Positions 55,020 through 64,000 of a stretch of DNA of 64,000 nucleotides are shown piece after piece. Each line of letters starts with the position of its first letter. The first letter of the stretch is position 1. This stretch comes from Mobula hypostoma (Eukaryota), in assembly GCF_963921235.1 (NCBI RefSeq), contig NC_086108.1, forward strand, positions 96,474,001 through 96,538,000. Direction: 5' to 3'. A program made the translations under genes and the position numbers. Under the pieces are notes generated by a model. The model ran no database searches. It was not told the origin of the DNA and saw only the letters and a list, made by a program, of their open reading frames with translations.

Positions 55020-55725
55020 TTATACTTTATTGTTGCCAAACAATTGCTTCTAGAATGTACAATCATCACAGCGATATTCGATTCTGTGCTTCACTCTCCT
55101 TGGATTACAAATATTAAATATTAAAAATATTAAAAATAGTAAAAATTAGTAAATATTAAAAATTTAAATTATAAATCATAAATAGAAAATAGAAAAATGG
55201 AAAGTAAGGTAGTGCAAAAAAAAACCGAGAGGCAGGTCCGGATATTTGGAGGGTACTTAGGGTACGGCCCAGATCCGGGTCAGGATCTGTTCAGCAGTCT
55301 TATCACAGTTGGAAAGAAGCTGTTCCCAAATCTGGCCGTACAAGTCTTCAACCTCCTGAGCCTTCTCCCGGAGGGAAGGGGGAAGAAAAGTGTGTTGGCT
55401 GGGTGGGTCGTGTCCTTGATTATCCTGGCAGCACTGCTCCGACAGCGTGCAGTGTAAAGTGAGTCCATGGACGGAAGATTGGTTTGTGTGATGTGCTGCG
55501 CCGTGTTCACGATCTTCTGCAGCTTCTTTCGGTCTTGGACAGGACAACTTCCATACCAGGTTGTGATGCACCCTACAAGAATGCTTTCTACAGTGCATGT
55601 ATAAAAATTAGTGAGGGTTTTAGGGGACAGGCCAAATTTCCTTAGTTTTCTCAGAAAGTAAAGGCGCTGTTGGGCCTTCTTGGTGGTGAACTCTGCTTAG
55701 TCGGACCAAGTCAGGTCATTTGTGA
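55020..55725 (-). mobile_element. Rex1/Babar LINE 3' fragment
   Basis: ORF 55280..55510 TAQHIT..LPSMDSLYTARCRSSAARIIKDTTHP..LPSGRR. Confidence 0.88.
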
Positions 55726-58233
55726 TAATAGACAATAGAAGCAGGAGTAGGCCATTTGGCCTTTCCAGCCAGAACCGCCATTCACTGTGATCATGGCTGA
55801 TCATCCACAATCAGTATCCAGTTCCTGCCTTATCCCCATAACCTTTGATTCCACTATCTTTAAGAGCTCTATCCATCTCTTTTTTGAAAGCATCCAGAGA
55901 CTTGGCCTCCACAGCCTTCTGGGGCAGAGCATTCCATATATCCACCACTCTCTGGGTGAAAAAGTTTTTCCTCAACTCCGTTCTAAATGGACTACCCCTT
56001 ATTCTTAAACTGTGGCTTCTGGTTCTGGACTCAACCATCAGCGGGAATATGCTTCCTGCCTCCAGCGTGTCCAATCCCTTAATAATCTTATATGTTTCAA
56101 TCAGATCCCCTCTCATCCTTCTAAATTCCAGAGCATACAAGCCCAGTCGCTCCAATCTTTCGACATATGACAGTCCCGCCATCCCGGGAATTAACCTTGT
56201 GAACCTACGCTACACTCCCTCAATAGCAAGAATGTCCTTTCTCAAGTTTGGAGACCACAGCTGTACACAGTACTCCAGGTGTGGTCTCACCAGGGCCCTG
56301 TACAGCTGCAGAAGGACCTCTTTGCTCTTATACTCAATTCCCCTTGTTATAAAGGCCAGCATGCCATTAGCTTTCTTCACTGCCTGATGTACTTGCATGC
56401 TTGCTTTCAGTGACTGATGTACAAGAACACCTAGATCTCGTTGTGCTTCCCCTTTTCCTAACTTGACTCCATTTAGATAATAATCTGCCTTCCCGTTCTT
56501 ACCACCAAAGTGTATAACCTCACATTTATCCACATTAAACTGCATCTGCCATGCATCTGCCCACTCACCCAGCCTGTCCAAGTCACCCTGCATTCTCATA
56601 ACATCCTCCTCACATTTCACACTGCCACCCAGCTTTGTGTCATTGGCAGATTTGCTAATGTTACTTTTAATTCCCTCATCTAAATCATTATATATTGTAA
56701 ACAGCTGCGGTCCCACTGGTCACCGCCTGCCATTCTGAAAGGGACCCATTAATCGCTACTCTTTGCTTTCTGTCAGCCAGCCAATTTTCAATCCATGTCA
56801 GTACTCTGCTCCCAATACCATGTGCCCTAATTTTGCCCACTAATCTCCTATGTGGGACCTTATCAAAGGCTTTCTGAAAGTCCACGTAAACTACATCCAC
56901 TGGCTCTCCCTTGTCCATTTTCATAGTTACATCCTCAAAAAATTCCAGAAGATTAGTCAAGCACAATTTCCCCTTCATGAATCCATGTTGACTCGGACCG
57001 CTCCTGTTACTACTATCCAGATGTATCGTAATTTCATCTTTTATAATTGACTCCAGCACCTTTCCCACCACCCACGTCAGGCTAACCGGTCTACAATTCC
57101 CTGTTTTCTCTCTTCCTCCCTTCTTGAAGAGAGGGACAACATTAGCCACCCTCCAATCCACAGGAACTGATCCTGAATCTATAGAACATTGGAAAATGAT
57201 TACCAATGCGTCCACAATTTCTAAAGCCACCTCCTTAAGTACCCTGGGATGCAGACCATCAGGTCCCGGGGACTTATCAGCCTTCAGACCCAACAGCCTA
57301 TCTAACACCATGTCCTACCTAATATAAATTTCATTCAATTCATCCATTACCCTAGGTCCTTTGGCCACTATTACATCTGGGAGATTGTTTGTGTCTTCCC
57401 TAGTGAAGATAGATCCAAAGTACCTGTTCAACTCGTCTGCCATTTCCTTGTTCCCCATAATAAATTCACCCGCTTCTGTCTTCAAGGGCCCAATTTTGGT
57501 CCTAACTATTTTTTTCCTTTTCACATACCTAAAGAAGCTTTTACTATCCTCCTTTATATTCTTGGCCAGTTTACCTTCGTACCTGAGAGCGTGAGTGGGC
57601 CAGTGAAGGAGTGGAGCTTTAAGGCTTTGACTCGAGAGATTCTAGCAGTTTTGGCAGTTGGTCTGTGCAATCAAGATTTGAATAGATCAGCAGAAAGCCG
57701 TTGATTAGACAATCAAGATTTGAATAGCTCAGACTCAGCAGAAGGCAGCTGATTGGGCAGTCGAGGTCAGGTGACCTAACATTTTGAAAAGTTCAAACAG
57801 ATAAATAGAGGGATAGCTCAAGCGAAGCGGCCAGTGAAGGAGTGGAGCTTTAAATTGAGAGGCTTAGAAGAGGTGGAGGACAAGCTAGCTCGCAGTTAGT
57901 TTTTACAATGTCTCCTGAGACGGTGATGTGCCTCTCATGTGAGATGTGGCAGTCTTGGGGGAACTCCCCTTTCCCGCAGAGTGACATCTGCCAGAAGTGC
58001 ATACGGCTAGGCGATCTGGAAGACCGTGTAAGGAATCTGGAGCAGCAGCTGGATGACCTTTGACTCATAAGGGAAAATGAGGTAGCCATAGATGAGAGCT
58101 ACAGGGAGGTAGTCACACCTAGGCTGTTGGAAGTAGGTTGTTGGGTGACAGTCAGTGGGGGGGAAAGCGAAGGTGAGCAGACAGGTAGTGCAGAGCACCC
58201 CTGTAGTCATTTCCCTGAATAATAAGTTTACCA

Positions 58234-58426
58234 ACACACATAAAATTTGCTGGTGAATGCAGCAGGCCAGACAGCATCTCTAGGAAGCTGTCCTGACGAA
58301 GGGACGCGGCCTGAAATGTCGACTGCACCTCTTCCTAGAGATGCTGCCTAGCCTGCTGCGTTCACCAGCAACTTTTATGTGTATTGCTTGAATTTCCAGC
58401 ATCTGCAGAGTTCCTGGTGTTTGCGT
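58234..58426 (+). mobile_element. 193-bp Penelope-derived hairpin element with a hammerhead in its loop, flanked by a perfect 14-bp target duplication
   Basis: taataagtttacca at 58220-58233 and 58427-58440; inverted arms about 58236-58287 and 58331-58382. Confidence 0.9.
58290..58323 (+). ncRNA. Minimal hammerhead ribozyme motif, core intact, short stem I
   Basis: gtc-CTGACGA-agg gacgcgg cct-GAAA-tg-TC-gac. Confidence 0.65.
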
Positions 58427-61400
58427 TAATAAGTTTACCATCCTGGATACTGTGGGCAGGGACGACCGACCAGGTGTGAGCCACGGTGGCAGGGCCTCTG
58501 GCACTGAGTCTGACCCTGTGGTGCAGAAGGGTGGGACAGAGAAGAGGAGAGCAGTCGTCATTGGAGACTCTATAGTCAGGGGAGCAGACAGGAGATTTTG
58601 TGGACGTGAGAAGGACACCCGCATGGTTTGTTGCCTCCTGGGTGCCAGGGTCCGGGATGTCTCTGACCGGGTGCACGACATCCTGGTACGAGAGGGAAAG
58701 CAACTAGAAGTTGTGATACATGTTGGGACCAACGACAAAGGCAGGAAGAGGGATGAGGTCCTGAAGTGTGAGTTTCGGGAATTCGGCAGAAGGCTGAAGA
58801 ACAGGACCTCAAGGGTGACGTTCTCAGGATTGCTGCCAGTGCTACGTGACAGAGATGGTAAGAATTGGAGGAGATGGCAGTTGAATGCGTGGCTGAGGAG
58901 TTGGTGCAGGGAGCAGGGTTTTAGATTTTTAGATCATTGGGATCTCTTCTGGGGAAGGTGAGACCTGTACAGATTGGATGGGTTGCACCTGAACTCGAGG
59001 GGGAGCAATATCCTTGCAGGTAGGTTTGCTAGCATAGCTTGGGAGCGTTTAAACTAATTTGCGAGGGGGATGGGACCCAGAGCGATAGAGCAGTGAGAGA
59101 AGTGCATGGAGTAAAGCCAGATCTAACATATAGAGAGGCTTTGAGGAAAGAGAAGCAGAATAAACGGTGTAAAGACAGTAAGGGAGAAGGGCTGAAATGT
59201 GTGTACCTCAATGCAAGAAGCATCAGGAACAAAGGTGATGAACTGAGAGCTTGGATACATACATGGAATTATGATGTAGTGGCCATTACAGAGACTTGGC
59301 TGGCACCAGGGCAGGAATGGATTCTCAATATTCCTGGATTTCAGTGCTTTAAAAGGGATAGAGAGGGCAGAAAAAGGGGAGGAGGGGTGGCATTACTGGT
59401 CAGGGATACTATTACAGCTACAGAAAGGGTGGGTAATGTAGCAGGATCCTCTTTTGAGTCAATATGGGTGGAAGTCAGGAGCAGGAAGGGAGCAGTTACT
59501 CTACTGGGGGTATTCTATAGGCCCCCTGGTAGCAGCAGAGATACAGAGGAGCAGATTGAGAGGCAGATTTTGGAAAGGTGCAAAAATAACAGGGTTGTTA
59601 TCTTGGGTGACTTTAACTTCTCTACTATTGGTTGGCACCTGATTAGTTCCAAGGGTTTAGATGGGGCAGAGTTTAAGTGTGTCCAGGATGGATTCCTGTC
59701 ACAGTATGTGGACAGGCCGACCTGGGGGAATGCCATACTAGATCTAGTACTAGGTAATGAACCGGGTCAGGTCACAGATCTCTCAGTGGGTGAGCATCTG
59801 GGGGACAGTGATCACCACTCCCTGGCCTTTATAATTATCATATAAAAGGATAGAATCAAAGAGGACAGGAAAATTTTTAATTGGGGAAAGGCAAATAATG
59901 CTATAAGGCTAGAACTTGCAGGTGTGAATTGGGATGATGTTTTTGCAGGGAAATGTATTATAGACATGTGGTCGATGTTTAGAGATCTCTTGCGGAATGT
60001 AAGGGATAAATTTGTCCCGGTGAGGAAGATAAAGAATGGTAGGGTGAAGGAACCATGGGTGACAAGTCAGGTGGAAGAAGGCAGCATACATGAGGTTTAG
60101 GAAGCAAGGATCAGATGGGGCTATTGAGGAATATAGGGAAGCAAGAAAGGAGCTTAAGAAAGGGCTGAGAAGAGCAAGAAGGGGGCATGAGAAGGCCTTG
60201 GTGCGATTTTGTGAAGAACAAAAGGATGACAGGAGTGAAGGTAGGACCGATTAGAGATAAAGGTGGGAAGATGTGCCTGGAGGCTGTGGAAGTGAGCGAG
60301 GTCCTCAATGAATACTTCTCTTCAGTATTCACCAATGAGAGGGAACTTGATGACTGTGAGGACAATGTGAGTGAGGTTGATGTTCTGGAGCATGTTGATA
60401 TTAAGGGAGAGGAGGTGTTGGAGTTGTTAAAATACATTAGGACAGATAAGTCCCCGGGGCCTGATGTAATATTCCCCAGGCTGCTCCACGAGGCGAGAGA
60501 AGAGATTGCTAAGCCTTTGGCTAGGATCTTTATGTCCAGTTGTACACGGGAATGGTACCGGAGGATTGGAGGGAGGCGAATGTTGTTCCCTTGTTCAAAA
60601 AAGGTAGTAGGGATAGTCTGGGTAATTATAGACCAGTGAGCCTTGTGTCTGTGGTGGGAAAGCTGTTGGAAAAGATTCTTGGAGATAGGATCTATAGGCA
60701 TTTAGAGAATCATGGTCTGATCAGGGACAGTCAGCATAGCTTTGTGAAGGGCAGATCGTGTCTAACAAGCCTGATAGAGTTCTTTGAGGAGGTGACCAGG
60801 CATATAGATGAGGGTAGTGCACTGGATGTGATCTATATAGATTTTAGTAAGGCATTTGACAAGGTTCCACACGGTAGGCTTATTCAGAAAGTTGGAAGGC
60901 ATGGGATCCAGGGAAGTTTGGCCAGGTGGATTCAGAATTGGCTTGCCTGCAGAAGGCAGAGGGCGGTGGTGGAGGGAGTACATTCAGATTGGAGGATTGT
61001 GACTAGTGGTGTCCCACAAGGATCTGTTCTGGGACCTCCACTTTTTGTGATTTTTATTAACGACCTGGATGTTGGGGTAGAAGGGTGGGTTGGCAAGTTT
61101 GCAGATGACACAAAGGTTGGTGGTGTTGTAGATAGTGTAGAGGATTGTCAAAGATTGCAGAGAGACATTGATAGGATGCAGAAGTGGGCTGAGAAGTGGC
61201 AGATGGAGTTCAACCCGGAGAAGTGTAAGGTGGTACTCTTTGGAAGGACAAACCCAAGGCAGAGTACAAAGTAAATGGCAGGATACTTGGTAGAGTGGAG
61301 GAGCAGAGGGATCTCGGGGTACATGTCCACAGATCCCTGAAAGTTGCCTCAATATATAGTAGTATATTGAAAGAGTAGTTAAGAAAGCTTATGGGGTGTT

Positions 61401-62403
61401 AGCTTTCATAAGTCAAGGGATAGAGTTTAAGAGTCGCGATGTAATGATGTAGCTCTATAAAACTCTGGTTAGGCCACACTTGGAGTACTGTGTCCAGTTC
61501 TGGTCACCTCACTATAGGAAGGATGTGGAAGCATTGGAAAGGGTACAGAGGAGATTTACCAGGATGCTGCCTGGTTTAGAAAGTATGCATTATGATCAGA
61601 GATTAAGGGAGCTAGGGCTTTACTCTTTGGAGAGGAGGAGGAGGATGAGAGGAGACATGACAGAGGTGTACAAGATAATAAGAGGAATAGATAGAGTGGA
61701 TAGCCAGCGCCTCTTCCCCAGGGCACCACTGCTCAATACAAGAGGACATGGCTTTAAGGTAAGGGGTGGGAAGTTCCAGGGGGATATTAGAGGAAGGTTT
61801 TTTTACTCAGTGGTTGGTGCGTGGAATGCACTGCCTGAGTCAGTGGTGGAGGCAGATATACTTGTGAAGTTTAAGAGACTACTAGACAGGTATATGGAGG
61901 AATTTAAGGTGGGGGCTTGTATGGGAGGCAGGGTTTGAGGGTCGGCACAACATTGTGGGCTGAAGGGCCTGTACTGTGTTGTACTATTCTATGTTCTATG
62001 TTCATTTTCTCTCCGTGTATTGCCTTTTTAGTTACCTTCTGTTGCTCTTTAAAAGTTTTCCAATCCTCTGGCTTCCCACTTATCTGTGCTATGTTATACT
62101 ACTCTTTTATTTTTATACTGTCCATTACTTCCCTTGTCAGCCACGGCCTCCTCTTACTCCCCTTAGGATCTTTCTTCCTCTTTGGAATGAACTGATCCTG
62201 CACCTTCCGCATTAGTCCCAGAAACACTTGCCATTGCTGTTCCACTGTCATCCCTGCTAGGGTATTGTTCCATTGAACTTTGGCCAGCTCCTCCCTCATA
62301 GCACCATAGTTCCCTTTGTTTAATACTGACACTTCCGAATTTCCCTTCTCCCTCTCAAATTGTAGATTAAAACTTATCATATTATGGTCACTACCTCCTA
62401 ATG

Positions 62404-63690
62404 ACCCTGAGGAACTTAAAGCTTTTGACCTGTTCCACTTGTGCACCACTGATGTAAATTGGATCATGCGGTCCGCTACTCCTTCTGAAGTCAACAACCA
62501 ATTCCTTCGTCTTGCTGACGTTGAGAGATGGGTTACTGTCTTCGCACCAGGCCACCAGGTTCTAAATTTCCTCTCTGTACTCAAACTCATCGTTACCTGA
62601 GATATGGCCTACAGTTGTTGTCATCAGCAAACTTGTATATTGAGTTTGATGGAAACTTGGCTACACAATCATGTGTGTACAGTGAGTACAGCAGGGGGCT
62701 GAGTACACAGCCTTGTGGGGCACCGGTGCTCAGAGTGATTGTAGAGGACAGCTTGTCCCCTATTTTTACAGCCTGGGTCCTGTCTGTGAGGAAGTTGAAG
62801 ATCCAGCTGTAGATCTGAGTGCTAAGGCCTGGGTTCCGGAGCTTAGGAATCAGTTTATTGGGAATGATGGTATTAAAGGCAGAGCTGTAGTCAATGAAAA
62901 GGAGCCTTATGTATGCATCTTTATTCTCCAGGTGCTCTAAGGAGGAATGTAAGGCCAGAGAGATGGCATCTGACGTTGACCTGTTGCTCTGGTAGGCGAA
63001 TTGCAAAGCGTCGAGGTTGATCGGTAGGCTGTGATTGATGTGTGCCATAATCAATCTCTCGAAGCACTTCATAGCAATTGATGTCAGAGCCACAGGTCGA
63101 TAGTCATTCAGGCATGCCACCTTGCTCTTCTTCAGCACTGGGATTATCGTTGCCTTCTTAAAACACGAGGGGATCTTAGACTGAAGTAAGGAACAGTTGA
63201 AGATGTTAGCAAACACTCCAGCTAGCTCGCTTGCATAGGCCCAGAGAACCTGTCCTGGGACGCCATCTGGGCCCGTCTCCTTCCTTGGATTTATCTTCAA
63301 GAAGGCCCTTCTAACGTCCTCCTCAGTGACGATGAATCTCAATGCCACTAGGTCCGGTTCATCCGGAGGGAGCGGGACGCTCCTCTTCTGTTCAAATCTT
63401 GTGTAGAATATGTTAAGTTCGGCAGGAAGAGAAGCGCCACAGTTATTGATATTTCCAGCCTTTTCTTTGTGTCCAGTGATCTCATTTAGACCCTGCCATA
63501 GTCTACTGGCATCCCTTTGGTTAGCCTGGGCTTCCAACTTGGCTCAATATTGCCTCTTGGTGCCCTTAATGGCTTTCCGGAGTTCATGCCTGGATTCCGT
63601 GTAGCCACTGGTATCCCTGGACCTAAAAGCCGCAGCTCTAGCCTTTAAAAGGGACTTGACCTCATAATTCATCCAAGGTTTCCGGTATGG
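62404..63690 (-). mobile_element. Rex1/Babar LINE RT fragment
   Basis: ORF 62593..63537 TGPDGVPG..LNDYRPVALTS..LLFIDYSSAFNTI..GAPQGCVLSPLLYSLYT..YKFADD. Confidence 0.95.
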
Positions 63691-63699
63691 CAATTATTA

Positions 63700-64000
63700 G
63701 GTATGGCAATGGATTTCAGAAAGGCATGTGCTAAGATTCACCATGCAAGGCTCATTCAGAAAGTAAGGAAGCATGGGATCCAAGGAGACCTTGCTTTGTG
63801 GATTCAGAATTGGCCTGCCCACAGAAGGCAAAGGGTGGTTGCAGGTGTTTCATATTCTGCATGGAGGACGGTGACCAGTGGTGTTCTGCAGGGATCTGTT
63901 CTAGGTCCCCTCTTTGTGTTTATAAATAACCTGGATGAAGAAGTAGAAGGTGGGGGGGGCAGTAGGTTTGATGATGACACAAGGTTGGGGGTGTTGTGGA
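63700..64000 (+). mobile_element. CR1 LINE RT fragment running off the right edge
   Basis: Similar to 60840-61130 (tggattcagaattgg, gtgaccagtggtgt..cagggatctgtt). Confidence 0.85.

Larger units (their letters stand above)
57585..62002 (+). mobile_element. Near full-length CR1 LINE: 5' UTR, ORF1 (57908 to about 59057; zinc finger, coiled coil, SGNH esterase), ORF2 (about 59190-61938; APE plus RT), (TTCTATG)n tail; disrupted
   Basis: 57908 reads MSPETVMCLSCEMW..DICQKCIRLGDLEDRV; ORF 58452 VVIGDSIVRG..VIHVGTND; 59039 YLNARSIRNK, ITETWL, GDFN, SDH; 60540 RT with KFADD. Confidence 0.95.
55727..62403 (-). mobile_element. CR1 LINE ORF2 split into 55727-57584 and 62003-62403 by a younger CR1
   Basis: ORFs 55811, 56210, 56688, 57315 and the CR1 part of 62099..62590 (GGSDHNMISF..PWLTREV); ttaccttcgtacct continues as cattttctctcc. 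Confidence 0.92.

Noticed and set aside
55108..55200. AT-rich aaatattaa tandem run
   Set aside because: Low-complexity 3' UTR of a Rex1-type LINE
58452..58961. SGNH/GDSL esterase as a host gene
   Set aside because: It is the known esterase domain of CR1 ORF1, directly upstream of ORF2 and disrupted

Overview
Repeat-rich vertebrate genomic DNA. The repeat content (CR1 LINEs with esterase ORF1, V-domain/HE1-like SINEs, palindromic Penelope-derived repeats) suggests a cartilaginous fish, probably a ray; this is inference. One host gene is supported: CDC7 kinase on the minus strand. Nine coding exons (49370 down to 3119, 1153 nt, about 384 codons) splice in frame with GT-AG boundaries, and the ORF track misses three of them. 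The C-terminal exons lie left of the window and the upstream non-coding exon/promoter was not found. The introns and upstream region are filled with decayed and often nested transposable elements: CR1, Rex1/Babar, L2, a Hero-type R2-like LINE, a Gypsy integrase with 3' LTR, a solo LTR, a Tc1 element with IR/DR ends, Tigger-like elements, a hAT-like MITE and Penelope-like (GIY-YIG) elements. The most notable hidden signal is a minimal type-I hammerhead ribozyme motif in the Penelope-derived repeats. It is intact at 20350-20389, and core-intact inside a 193-bp hairpin element with a perfect 14-bp target-site duplication (58234-58426). Exon, TSD and ribozyme coordinates were counted by hand; most other repeat boundaries are approximate, and family names come from recalled consensus features, not a database search.
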